In this document: one piece after another, positions 36,934 through 46,404 of the stretch
Position numbering within the stretch: the stretch's first letter is position 1
How the letters are laid out: each line of letters starts with the position of its first letter
From: a virus
Lineage: Duplodnaviria > Caudoviricetes
DNA: 50,726 nucleotides
Virus record (IMG/VR): IMGVR_UViG_3300037234_000187
Location: 1 to 50,726 of that record
Direction: 5' to 3' (one strand)
Position numbers and translations under genes: made by a program
The notes under the pieces: model-generated
What the model saw: only the letters and a program-made list of their open reading frames with translations
What the model was told of the DNA's origin: nothing
Database searches by the model: none

Positions 36934-37355
36934 TAGTCTTTAAATTCCTTCAAATACAGGATAGTAACCCCGTATGAATGCTCCCAGTTATCGATGGAAT
37001 ACTTTTTGGCGTTTAGTATCGCAGTATCATCCCTACTGATCTCATGTTTAAACTGTTTCGTTCTCATTTGAACGTATACTAGATCATTTATATTTTGACC
37101 TAGACCACCACCAATATCTTGGAGTATGGTTTTTGTATCATCTAGGCAAGAGTATGTCTGTAACACATTGTCACGATCCGTATCGTGCAAGTAGAACATA
37201 TTCTGTGCAAAATCAACCTGACCATTTGGGATAAAAACATTATCCAGGTCATCTTCCATTATCTGTAAAAAAACCCCCAAGGTATTTACTCGGACCGTTG
37301 CTGATCCGGTAAATCCCGTTGGAGGTAGGAACAAAGGAGACACTATTTGAGTCAT
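36933..37355 (-). CDS. Putative head-tail joining protein
   Basis: Position; C-terminal RDD...I....Y.I......GVTILYL. Confidence 0.55.
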   Translation of the reverse strand: MTQIVSPLFLPPTGFTGSATVRVNTLGVFLQIMEDDLDNVFIPNGQVDFAQNMFYLHDTDRDNVLQTYSCLDDTKTILQDIGGGLGQNINDLVYVQMRTKQFKHEISRDDTAILNAKKYSIDNWEHSYGVTILYLKEFKD

Positions 37356-37747
37356 TAGTACCCCACGATACCTAACGCATCCCAGTCCACTACCACTTCT
37401 TCATCTTGGACAGTGGTGATCGCTGCGATGTCGTGAACAGATATCAGAGTACATGCCTCTTTAGTTTTGGCATCCAGTGCCACTACTATAAGATCTGCAT
37501 TCCTTTCGGCTACAACTTTCTGAAAAGTACTGTCCCCAGCCTTGAGGGCAGTACCGTCTAGACTTTTTGAGTCAATAGGTGTATCTGACAAAATGGCAGA
37601 ATCGGGAATAAATGCTAGGGACTCATCGACTTCCAGGTCCGGCGTGTAGAATGTACTATCCACCAACACCGCCATAATGTCACCAGCTATCAAATCGACA
37701 TTACCCGACATTAATTGCTGTGTTCCTTTCGTATATTTCCCACTCAT
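37355..37747 (-). CDS. Putative virion structural protein
   Basis: Y....L..G.VDL....I...LVD...YTP...W...GI pattern; in head-neck region. Confidence 0.6.
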   Translation of the reverse strand: MSGKYTKGTQQLMSGNVDLIAGDIMAVLVDSTFYTPDLEVDESLAFIPDSAILSDTPIDSKSLDGTALKAGDSTFQKVVAERNADLIVVALDAKTKEACTLISVHDIAAITTVQDEEVVVDWDALGIVGY

Positions 37748-37750
37748 CTA

Positions 37751-38113
37751 TTAATCCTCAAACCCTTCAACTGCTTTTAAGATGTCATCAGCAGATTTCT
37801 CGGCGATACCCTTAAGAGCGATAAGGTCTTCTCGTGATACTTTTTTGATTTTAGCTACTGTGTCTAGACCAGCTTTGAAGAGAACTTTCTCGACAGAAGA
37901 TGTGATGTCTAGCATTTCTTGTAGGTCTTCGATGATCTCGTCTTCTTCCAAATCTGCTTCAACGAAATCTACGATAATTGCATGTCCTTTGCTCGCTAGT
38001 TCCTTAGCAAGAGCAGAGTCCAGAGTCAGTTTCGACCCTGGGCGATACAATTTACGTTCGAAGCGAAGCGAATGAATCGCCTCAACTTCTAATGTGTCTT
38101 GTAGTTCTGCCAT
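37751..38113 (-). CDS. Helix-hairpin-helix domain protein after the capsid gene
   Basis: LFKAGLDTV...SREDLIALKGIAEKSADDIL; N-terminal Y.PG..L.L....A..L...G motif. Confidence 0.75.
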   Translation of the reverse strand: MAELQDTLEVEAIHSLRFERKLYRPGSKLTLDSALAKELASKGHAIIVDFVEADLEEDEIIEDLQEMLDITSSVEKVLFKAGLDTVAKIKKVSREDLIALKGIAEKSADDILKAVEGFED

Positions 38114-38118
38114 TATGA

Positions 38119-39171
38119 TTATGCCCCTTCAGTCTTGATAACTGAAACTGAGTTAGGTTCGTACATGCCGATCAAAGGAGAGGACTCCAAAGAAATGAAC
38201 ATAGACTTACCGCGCTTAGCAACGTCAGACATTGGGAATCTCTTACCAACGAAGTTACCAGTTTTGAAGTTCTCGATCATACCGTAATGCATCTTCCAGT
38301 TTGCACCAGATTGATAGAAAATACAAGTATTCGCAGAAACTACTGAGTGGTACGTTCCACCTTGGTCGCGATATTTGCCATTGTAAGAGTACACTTCGGC
38401 AGAAAGTCCAACACCTTCAACGTTACCCAAGTAAGTTAACTTACCTGACTGCGAGTTAGAGATCTTAATAGAACCGTCATGTACACGAAGTTTGTCTTTG
38501 TTAGCCAAAATCCCAGTGTTTTTCAAGAAGTTCTTAGCAGCTAGTGGGTCTAGCAATACTGTGTTGTAGTCATATCCGTATGTACGGCCATCATCTGCCA
38601 AGTCTTCCAACTGACCGATAATATCGGAACTTACGTCTGACCATTTGTCACCAGCCACAGTATTTAGTACTGTCAACTCAGACTTACGGCCGAAATCAAC
38701 CACGAAATCAACCCCATCACCAGCTACGGTAACTTTGCCTGTTTCAAGTGCTTCGCTGATTTGTAGCTCTTCCGCTTTGTCAAAGCGCATGTTAAGACTC
38801 ATAAAGCCTTTAGCTACTTTACGCTGCATACGAGAAGCCATAGTACCTTCATAGATAGTCTCACCAAAGGCGCGATCTACGAAATCTGAAGGTGTGTAAT
38901 TCTTTTCTTCGTACAAATAAGGAGTAGCGTGACGAACTGTGTCGAAACCCTGATCACCGATAATGTGTGGTCCACCCTTACGAGAAACGTAAGTAGCTAC
39001 ACCATTGTCAAGTTCTTCTTCATCGTACTCGATGAACTCTTTATCTGAAAATTCTTCACCGCGAACGAACATTTGACGTAGTGGCATATCATCTTGTTTA
39101 GTGATGGCAACTACGGGTAAAAGTTCAATCGGAGTGTATTCTGTAAATTGGTCAACTGCTGTTTTAGCCAT
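38119..39171 (-). CDS. Major capsid protein (lambda gpE family)
   Basis: F.....F..E.IEYD, VATYVS, EELQ..EAL.TGK, VDFGR, KWSD. Confidence 0.92.
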   Translation of the reverse strand: MAKTAVDQFTEYTPIELLPVVAITKQDDMPLRQMFVRGEEFSDKEFIEYDEEELDNGVATYVSRKGGPHIIGDQGFDTVRHATPYLYEEKNYTPSDFVDRAFGETIYEGTMASRMQRKVAKGFMSLNMRFDKAEELQISEALETGKVTVAGDGVDFVVDFGRKSELTVLNTVAGDKWSDVSSDIIGQLEDLADDGRTYGYDYNTVLLDPLAAKNFLKNTGILANKDKLRVHDGSIKISNSQSGKLTYLGNVEGVGLSAEVYSYNGKYRDQGGTYHSVVSANTCIFYQSGANWKMHYGMIENFKTGNFVGKRFPMSDVAKRGKSMFISLESSPLIGMYEPNSVSVIKTEGA

Positions 39172-39184
39172 TGTCAATTGCTCC

Positions 39185-39586
39185 TTAAGGTGTTAAAAGT
39201 GTTACAGGGTATAGATTCTTGTCTTCCATTGCAACTTTCACACCAGCCGTAGCTATTGTGTCAGTTCCACCGAATTTCAATTGGCTTGCGTCAAAAGATC
39301 CAGTCTTAGCAATTACGATAGACGCATCAGCCGCTTGTGAGTCAGCCGTGGCTAACAATACCGCGCGAGGTACTTCACTACCGTCCGAAGCAGTAGAATC
39401 ACTTGCGGTATATTTACCGGATGCTGTGATAATACCCAAAACTGTACCAGCTTCGGAAACTGCAGCAGTTCCTGTAATTAGTGTACCCACACCGGGGGTT
39501 ACGCCGATAACCCCGTCAAGTACTAACTTTACCGGGTTGTACGTGGTACGTACTGTATCATTTGGAATATATCCTGGGATTCCCAT
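39185..39586 (-). CDS. Head decoration protein (lambda gpD family)
   Basis: GTVLGIITASGKY, SDGSEVPRAVL, GSF. Confidence 0.9.
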   Translation of the reverse strand: MGIPGYIPNDTVRTTYNPVKLVLDGVIGVTPGVGTLITGTAAVSEAGTVLGIITASGKYTASDSTASDGSEVPRAVLLATADSQAADASIVIAKTGSFDASQLKFGGTDTIATAGVKVAMEDKNLYPVTLLTP

Positions 39587-39981
39587 TATTTACCCTCCTT
39601 AGGCATTAATTCTGTAGCGGCAGCTAACAGTCCAGCAGCACTTTCTTTGCGTTCTTTAGCTTCGATATCGCCGTCATCAACTTCGATAGAACCAGCCGCA
39701 GGTAGGTCACCAGCCAATTCCGTGGCATCTGCTTTAATAGCTTGAGCGGGCTTGGCAGTTTCTTTAGCAACCGCAGCCAATACCAAAGCGGATACAGAGC
39801 CAACGTCTTCATCTGCTGAAAATTTCTTTTCATTGATAACGCTTGCTACTACGTCCTTGATAGCTTGCGGGTGACCAACAAAAGCATCGCCGATTCCCTC
39901 AATAGCCTTAATGTTAGCGTAAACTACTTCTTGTGCAGAAAGAGTTCCACCTTCATCTGGCTTTGTGTTTTGTTCTGACAT
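39586..39981 (-). CDS. Nested in-frame scaffold protein (Nu3-like)
   Basis: Internal ATG (MSEQNTK) preceded by strong RBS ACAGGAG. Confidence 0.65.
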   Translation of the reverse strand: MSEQNTKPDEGGTLSAQEVVYANIKAIEGIGDAFVGHPQAIKDVVASVINEKKFSADEDVGSVSALVLAAVAKETAKPAQAIKADATELAGDLPAAGSIEVDDGDIEAKERKESAAGLLAAATELMPKEGK

Positions 39982-40854
39982 ATTTTCTCCTGTCATGTTG
40001 AACATTTGATTAGGTCCGTTGGACCCTTCCTGTCTAGGTTCTTTATTGAGCTCGGCCAATATAGTCCCAAAACTTGCTGTAGAATCAATCATTCCAAGGT
40101 CTTTAGCCTTAGATGCGATGATCATTCCACCTTTCCCAAAGTTATCCAATACTTGTTCTTTTGTAACTCCACGGCCAGTCGATACGTTTTCGATAAACAC
40201 GTCAGCTAGGTCATTTACCATAACTTGTGCTTCGGCCTTACCTTCCTCTGTCTCAACGCTCATGCGCTTCTTAGGTGATTGAGCCGATACGATTTCGATA
40301 GTGTTATCACCATCCTCGCCCTGTTTCTCATAAACCATTACCGCGCCAATTGAGCCAACTTGGGCTGTGGGTGCTAGTACGATCTGGCCTGCTTGGGATG
40401 CAATCCAGTACCCAGCCGAAGCTGCCATACCGTAAACATAGGCCGTTACGGGTTTTTCGCTATTCGCGATAAGCGAAGCAAAGTCATATAGCCCAGTGAC
40501 CGCGCCACCAGGCGTATCCATATACAGTACAATCTCAGAGATGTTGGGATCTTCCGACATTGAGATAAAGTCTCGTGTCAGTGCTTGGTAGTCAGCCACT
40601 CCCGATACATTCGAGAACATTGTAGCCTTAGGGATCAATGGGCCATCAATTGCCAAAATCCCTACGTTACCGATCACATCCACATCTCCAGATACCTCAC
40701 CCTCTCCAGGTAAAGCCATGTGGAATTTCTCTCTATCGTCTTCTGAAAGTTGATACCCTTTCAGAACTTCAACTACAGTGGCATACGCAGTGGGCGTAAT
40801 CGCCCAAGGTGCCTTTTTAAGTTCTGCCATAGCTAATTTATGTTCTATTGTCAT
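39586..40854 (-). CDS. Head maturation protease S49 / scaffold fusion (lambda gpC-like)
   Basis: PWAI, DTPGG, AASAGYWIAS, VGSIG; likely start 40854. Confidence 0.93.
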   Translation of the reverse strand: MTIEHKLAMAELKKAPWAITPTAYATVVEVLKGYQLSEDDREKFHMALPGEGEVSGDVDVIGNVGILAIDGPLIPKATMFSNVSGVADYQALTRDFISMSEDPNISEIVLYMDTPGGAVTGLYDFASLIANSEKPVTAYVYGMAASAGYWIASQAGQIVLAPTAQVGSIGAVMVYEKQGEDGDNTIEIVSAQSPKKRMSVETEEGKAEAQVMVNDLADVFIENVSTGRGVTKEQVLDNFGKGGMIIASKAKDLGMIDSTASFGTILAELNKEPRQEGSNGPNQMFNMTGENMSEQNTKPDEGGTLSAQEVVYANIKAIEGIGDAFVGHPQAIKDVVASVINEKKFSADEDVGSVSALVLAAVAKETAKPAQAIKADATELAGDLPAAGSIEVDDGDIEAKERKESAAGLLAAATELMPKEGK

Positions 40855-40855
40855 T

Positions 40856-42493
40856 TTATCCCCATGTTTGACCACCGGGCTTGATTGGGTCTTTGCCGGT
40901 TGGTCCTTCTACTTCTTCTGCATCGTCTACTAACTCAACTGGAGCCATTCCTAATTCTTTCATCAGATCTCTTTCCTCTGAAAGCTGAACCATGGCGTTA
41001 TCCCAGCGTTCACCCCAGATGGATGTGAATTCTTTGGAATGTGTAGTCAGGCCATTCTGTAATCTGATCACTGAAGCCTTAGCTTCTTTCTGTGGATCGA
41101 TCATACCGTTAGCTGGTCCAACCCAAAATGCTCTTGCCCAAGCCTTACGTGTGATTAGATCTGTAAGGAATCCGGGTGCGTCTATTCGCCCTTTAACTAC
41201 CTCTTCTTCCAAGAACATTTCAAACGCAGGCTGGACAAAGTTTCTAGTAAACCATAATCTAAATTTTCTAATTGTTTTTTCGGCCTCTTGTAGTGCAGCA
41301 CGGGATGCCGAATAAGAAGAGTCGAATTGGCGCATTACCTGCTCATAAGAAAGGTCGAGAGCAGAACAAACTTCTCTAGCCATAGAGTCATGAAAATCAG
41401 TATACATGTTGTTCGCTCTGCGAGGATCAGCGATCGATATGTCCTTGTCCTCATCCAACTCAACAATAGTACCGGGGCCAATATTGTATTCGAGTTCATG
41501 TCCTTGCTCCTTAGCTTCTTGTGTTTGCTCACCAAGTTCGTCCGTAGATGTACCACCGTCAAAATCAGCCTCTTCTGGTGTGAATGGCTCATTTAAGCCC
41601 ATACCTACGCCGCTTGTGTCCTTCACAAATACCGTGAACATTGAAGTTACAACAGCAGATTGGATCTCTGCCTCGGTGTGCGTAGCTACGGATTTTAGTG
41701 TATCTACAATAGTTGTAAGCCAAGGCATTGTGCGCCTTTGACCTGGTCTACCGAATGGTAGCATGATGTGGTGGACATTCTGTCTACCATTGGTCCCATA
41801 CTTAGCAATACGCTTAGTCTCAATACCTGTGGGTCTTCCATAGGCATTGGCATCATTCGCGCCTGGGTATGAATCAGCTACATGTATAGCTGAAAACTGA
41901 CCTTGTGCATTGAACTCGATACCATTTATAATGTCTTTAGTGCCGTACTCCGATCCCACTGGATCTCGGATTAGGTCGGCTTCAATAACCTGTATGCAAG
42001 TTTCCCAAGGCCATAGACCTGGACGGGCTTGTTTCTTCCAAGGGAATGCAGCAAATATATCGCCGGACTCTAAGATCGATCTGAATACAATAGACTGTAG
42101 ATCATAGAAATTTCGCTGGCCACGGGCATCACATCGTGTGTCCAATGACCAGGCATCGAATCTACGCTCAACTTCTTCTGACCAAGTCTTGGCTACTTCT
42201 TTGGTAATGCCTAAAAATTTAAAGTCTGGAACTGATTGGGGGATTAAACCCGGACCAATTGTATTGGTGGTGTGTGTAGATAGAATCGCATTAGCCAATG
42301 GGGTGTTCATCGCGAGGTCGCGAGAGTCACCACGGGCTGGATCTAATTTACCGCGAACATCTGCATTTGGGGAGTTGGCTGTATTTCTCCAACCCTTCAT
42401 GGACTTCTTACCGCCACGACTGGTGTCGTAACCTACCATTGATTGCTTAGGTTGGGCACCGGTGAATTCGTAAAACTTTTCCCTAAAACCCAT
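40856..42493 (-). CDS. Portal protein, lambda family
   Basis: SRDLAMN, IGPG, IEAD, NGIEF, RPGQRR, SSYSASRAAL, IDPQKE. Confidence 0.96.
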   Translation of the reverse strand: MGFREKFYEFTGAQPKQSMVGYDTSRGGKKSMKGWRNTANSPNADVRGKLDPARGDSRDLAMNTPLANAILSTHTTNTIGPGLIPQSVPDFKFLGITKEVAKTWSEEVERRFDAWSLDTRCDARGQRNFYDLQSIVFRSILESGDIFAAFPWKKQARPGLWPWETCIQVIEADLIRDPVGSEYGTKDIINGIEFNAQGQFSAIHVADSYPGANDANAYGRPTGIETKRIAKYGTNGRQNVHHIMLPFGRPGQRRTMPWLTTIVDTLKSVATHTEAEIQSAVVTSMFTVFVKDTSGVGMGLNEPFTPEEADFDGGTSTDELGEQTQEAKEQGHELEYNIGPGTIVELDEDKDISIADPRRANNMYTDFHDSMAREVCSALDLSYEQVMRQFDSSYSASRAALQEAEKTIRKFRLWFTRNFVQPAFEMFLEEEVVKGRIDAPGFLTDLITRKAWARAFWVGPANGMIDPQKEAKASVIRLQNGLTTHSKEFTSIWGERWDNAMVQLSEERDLMKELGMAPVELVDDAEEVEGPTGKDPIKPGGQTWG

Positions 42494-42720
42494 TATCGGC
42501 TCCTGTACACGGCTGTCTTAACGCGAATACCGCCACCATATCGTAATATTTCTTTCTCTATCTTAGACAATGCGTCCTGTAATTCACCCATATCGGCCAT
42601 GGTAAACTTACGTGTACCGATTTCATACTCTTGGGCACCATCAAGAATCTTCTCGATAGCTGCGTTGTATTTTCCCCACAGCTTATCTTTCTGAGTTAAC
42701 ATTTGTGCTTTAGTTGGCAT
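42493..42720 (-). CDS. gpW-like head completion protein
   Basis: Y.AA..KIL.GAQEY.IGTR..T.AD..EL; start ATG 42720 with AAGGAG. Confidence 0.85.
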   Translation of the reverse strand: MPTKAQMLTQKDKLWGKYNAAIEKILDGAQEYEIGTRKFTMADMGELQDALSKIEKEILRYGGGIRVKTAVYRSR

Positions 42721-42739
42721 TGTGCTCCTTAAAATAATA

Positions 42740-42813
42740 TCTACATGGATGGACTCGAACCACCGATTTCCTGGCCCCAAACCAGGCGACTTACCAGACT
42801 AGCCTACACGTAG
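42740..42813 (-). tRNA. tRNA-Pro(TGG)
   Basis: CTACGTG/CATGTAG acceptor, CCTGG-TTTGGGG-CCAGG anticodon arm, GGTGG-TTCGAGT-CCATC T-arm, A73. Confidence 0.9.
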
Positions 42814-42857
42814 TAATAGTTTAAAATGTATATACTGTTTCCGATTATACTATCAGA

Positions 42858-44972
42858 TCAGTATACGCCCCTAGACCTACGCTTGATGGTTTTCTTCTTT
42901 TTAACGACCTTTTTCTTAGATTGAGTTCGCCATGTTCCAGTAGGTTTGTCAGTATCTGGCACAGTGATATTTCTGGGGTTATTGTCAACGATTGAGGGTA
43001 TAACTGGGGTTTCAGTAACAACGTCATCGAATCCACCTTCACCTACACGGTTAATTAAATTTGGACCATAAAACATAAATGCTGCAAGTGCATACCCACG
43101 AATATCTAGTGGTTCATTTCTGGCACCATCTGGGCAATCCCACTTCATTTTCCCCTTTTCAACCTTAAGAGTCTCGGATACAATACCAGCAAAGTACTTT
43201 TTATCGTAGACATCTTTCTTAGGGAAATGGCAGTATCCACGGCCTGGTTCAGGCACCCGTAACATGCCGTATACGCGCTTTTTCATCTCATCCACGTAAG
43301 TGTATGGGGTGTATACCTTATACTCTTCATGCCTGCGCTTAGGTCTAAATACTAAGCCTTTACCCCAACCAGACATACCCATGGTTGGAAATACCCTATC
43401 AACTTCACGGTATCTGCAGAAATTCGATACTATGTGTGTCAGAAACCCAGCATCGATAAAGGTGCATTCTATGTCTAATTGAACACCATCGTCACGGGTA
43501 TACTTCGAATATATAAGCTCGTCTAGCTGTTTCCAGCATGTCTTCTTCCCGTTTGGTCCAAGACCTTGCTTATCTCCAGTCCACTCGGTATTACCCCAAA
43601 GTACATGATAACCGAGTGACCATGTCTCCCCGTCCAGTCCATGACCTAGGACTTCTGCTTCTAGTCTATCTTGCTGTACATCCACACCCATAGTGATACA
43701 GAGTACTTCATCGGGAACTTCGTAGTCCTCTTTCCTGGCCATTAGCCAGTTAAAGTCAATATCTTGTCCGGCAGCGTTATACGTCTCACCCAGAATTTGA
43801 TTTACGAATGTCTGCAACAGGGCTTTATCGCCTGAGTCCTTGTACAGCCAGAAATCCGATACACAGCTACCCCATGATTTGAAACCTAACGGTGAGTACA
43901 GTGAACTTATCTGAAATGATGGGATACCATAGTCACCCACTTCGTAGGGGGCTACTGGTTCTTCGTAATCTTCGTGGTTCTTAGTGGACATCCAGATACC
44001 TTTCTCCAACATCCACGTCTTCTCATGCTCTTCAATTTCCTGACCACAGTGGGTGCAAACTAGATGAACCCATTTTGGCTCACCTAATGTGTCTCTCTCA
44101 CGGGAGAACTGTATGAAGTACCCAGAGCCCTTAGCGTTATCATAATCTTCGCTCCACTTAATTACATCATAGGTACCATCTCTGTCAGCGTTTGGATTAC
44201 AGTGGGGGCACGGGACATAGTAATATTCTTCAGAGCCACGTACAAATCCTTTATTGTAGATCGTAGAGGTTTCGGTATATTTGGGTGTGGATATGCGTAA
44301 GAACTTCCGTAGTGGGAAATTATTCATACGCATTCTGATCATACCAATTGGGGAACCCTCACCGTCAATATCGGCATTGAATGAGTCTTCTTCATCTGCA
44401 ATGGCATTTTTGATAGGCTTGGATCGTAGGAAGGCACCTGAGTTGGCACCACCCATTACTATGAATCCACCTGGGTAGCCCTTTTCACTGGCTGAGTTGG
44501 TCTGGTTACCCGTACCGATTATATCTCGGGTACGTTCACATAGTTCAATATTTGGGGCTAGTCTTTGTTTGGAAAATTCTTCTGCCGAGTCGATTGTCTT
44601 CTGGCAGTACATGTATGGGCCTGGATCTCGATCCGCACCGTAGAGCATCCAATTGGTGGCAACCTCGGTTACACCTAATTGACACCCCTTAACTACCACA
44701 ACCTCTTTTGCCATGGAAGAGGGTGATAGGCATTTCATTATTCTACGAAGGAAGGGGAATCTAGATGTACGCCATATTCCGAACTCGGAAGATGATTGCT
44801 GCGGCAGTATTCGATATTTGTCAGACCAGTCATCCAGGTCCAGAAGTTCGGGAGGTTTAATGGCTTTCCTGAATACTTCCAGTAATTGATTCTTTTTGTC
44901 TAGATCTGAAAAAATCGGCACATCCGCTAATGTACCGATCTTAGATTTTGATTTTACGCCTCGTGTTCCCAT
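42858..44972 (-). CDS. terL: Terminase large subunit, lambda GpA family
   Basis: KGCQLGVTE Walker A, IADEED, ISTP, YYVPCPHC, SSLYSP, GVDVQ, RNEPLD. Confidence 0.97.
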   Translation of the reverse strand: MGTRGVKSKSKIGTLADVPIFSDLDKKNQLLEVFRKAIKPPELLDLDDWSDKYRILPQQSSSEFGIWRTSRFPFLRRIMKCLSPSSMAKEVVVVKGCQLGVTEVATNWMLYGADRDPGPYMYCQKTIDSAEEFSKQRLAPNIELCERTRDIIGTGNQTNSASEKGYPGGFIVMGGANSGAFLRSKPIKNAIADEEDSFNADIDGEGSPIGMIRMRMNNFPLRKFLRISTPKYTETSTIYNKGFVRGSEEYYYVPCPHCNPNADRDGTYDVIKWSEDYDNAKGSGYFIQFSRERDTLGEPKWVHLVCTHCGQEIEEHEKTWMLEKGIWMSTKNHEDYEEPVAPYEVGDYGIPSFQISSLYSPLGFKSWGSCVSDFWLYKDSGDKALLQTFVNQILGETYNAAGQDIDFNWLMARKEDYEVPDEVLCITMGVDVQQDRLEAEVLGHGLDGETWSLGYHVLWGNTEWTGDKQGLGPNGKKTCWKQLDELIYSKYTRDDGVQLDIECTFIDAGFLTHIVSNFCRYREVDRVFPTMGMSGWGKGLVFRPKRRHEEYKVYTPYTYVDEMKKRVYGMLRVPEPGRGYCHFPKKDVYDKKYFAGIVSETLKVEKGKMKWDCPDGARNEPLDIRGYALAAFMFYGPNLINRVGEGGFDDVVTETPVIPSIVDNNPRNITVPDTDKPTGTWRTQSKKKVVKKKKTIKRRSRGVY

Positions 44973-45009
44973 GTTCGTAAATATACTACATGGGAACTAA
45001 TCGGGGCTT

Positions 45010-45426
45010 TTAGGCTGGTCGGTATCCTTCAAACGCATCCGATGGCCATGTATATCCACCAGCGTTCCACATCCCATCGGACCCAGCACTCGATATTTCT
45101 AGTACTGTGTCACACAGTGGGGTCATACCTGACCCAGACCAACCGTTAGGTATTTTCGGATTACCTATGCTGTTTAACCCATATACCCTTAGTAGTTCTC
45201 CGAACGACTTAACCCTAACTGTATCCCCTATCTTGATCTCAGAGAAGGTAGCCATCTTTGGATCACCAGTCTTATCGACCTTAGTTACTACCAGATTACC
45301 CAGTGCTAGGATCTTCTTCTTGGCGGCCTTGGTGATTGTGTAGCCCGAGTAGTCCTTCAGAATTGCCGCTAGGATCTCTTCAGCAGATAAGGTGGTATTT
45401 ACTGTTGTGGTTGTTTTAGGCATCAT
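45010..45426 (-). CDS. Hypothetical protein
   Basis: 138 aa; C-terminal KIGDTVRVKS domain. Confidence 0.7.
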   Translation of the reverse strand: MMPKTTTTVNTTLSAEEILAAILKDYSGYTITKAAKKKILALGNLVVTKVDKTGDPKMATFSEIKIGDTVRVKSFGELLRVYGLNSIGNPKIPNGWSGSGMTPLCDTVLEISSAGSDGMWNAGGYTWPSDAFEGYRPA

Positions 45427-45746
45427 GCACCTCCAGGCATCATGCGCTCTAGTGCATCGGGTGAGCGTTGAAGTGCTTTCATGGCGATATCTAAGTAGAA
45501 TGCCCGAACCACTTTTTGGGAGATGTGATCCGTTGGGTAGAGTACACCATCAGCCGACATCGACATACGTGCGTTCACGGATAGTTTACCAATCTTTTCT
45601 CCCAGAGCTTCCATGTCGATACCGACACCATTTGCAGCAGCCAATCCGTCTTCAGAAACTACCATTTGAAACGCGATAAAAGCATCACATTTTTCGATAC
45701 CTTCGATGGCTGATTTCTTGGCTTCTTTCATATTATTTACTGACAT
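45423..45746 (-). CDS. Hypothetical protein
   Basis: 107 aa, AAGGA RBS, own promoter. Confidence 0.75.
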   Translation of the reverse strand: MSVNNMKEAKKSAIEGIEKCDAFIAFQMVVSEDGLAAANGVGIDMEALGEKIGKLSVNARMSMSADGVLYPTDHISQKVVRAFYLDIAMKALQRSPDALERMMPGGA

Positions 45747-45778
45747 AGTTTTGTTCCTTTTGTTGAATGTCTATTCCA

Positions 45779-45807
45779 AATATAATCTATCCGATTTCTA
45801 TTGTCAA
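45779..45807 (-). promoter_or_regulatory. Sigma70-like promoter
   Basis: TTGACA-17-TATATT. Confidence 0.75.
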
Positions 45808-45960
45808 GTACTATTACCACTCTCCACGTTAAAACACTCTTTATTTCTTCTTATTAATATTTAAGTTATAATTAGTAGTAGTATAAATAATATAGTGAAT
45901 GAAAAAGGGCATTCTAGCTAGGAGAGTGGTAATTGGGTGTTTAGCCTAAAATTCCTCAAA

Positions 45961-46253
45961 AAGTGCCGATCTGAGCTTACATTATCCATGTTTGTCGAAA
46001 ATAAACTGGTTTTCGCCTATGTGAGATTGAGACCCAGTCTCCGCGTGTCACAAGTATGTCACAAGAGATTGAGACGTTGTGTCAGAGACACGTTCAAATT
46101 ATTTTCGCCAGCTTTTGACCTTTTTTAGGGTGATACAGTGTTTTCTGTGGTTCTGTGTTCCAAAGTGCGAAATTCGTAAAAGTGTAAAACTCAAAAAACT
46201 AAATAAGTGCTGATCTGAGCTTACATTGTTAACATTTATTGAAAATAAACTGG
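45961..46253. repeat. Imperfect 49-bp direct repeat (45961-46009 and 46205-46253) in non-coding region
   Basis: AAGTGCyGATCTGAGCTTACATT-13nt-GAAAATAAACTGG twice, 244 bp apart. Confidence 0.85.
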
Positions 46254-46404
46254 GATTTTATCATTTAGACCACCCTAAATGCGAAAGTGTGGAAATGGAT
46301 TAGGATGGAGTCTCAATTTGAGAACTTTTCAGAATTTAAGTAGCCTCAAAAACCCTAAAAGTGGCCAAATTGAGCCCCAACCAAAGCCGTTTGCTAAATT
46401 TTTA

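Noticed and set aside
22739-44478. Numerous plus-strand ORFs in the virion region (e.g. 32215-32808)
   Set aside because: Antisense shadows of well-supported minus-strand genes; no RBS or motifs.
45937-46128. 63-aa plus-strand ORF in the repeat block
   Set aside because: GTG start, isolated against the local strand, and built from the DNA repeats.
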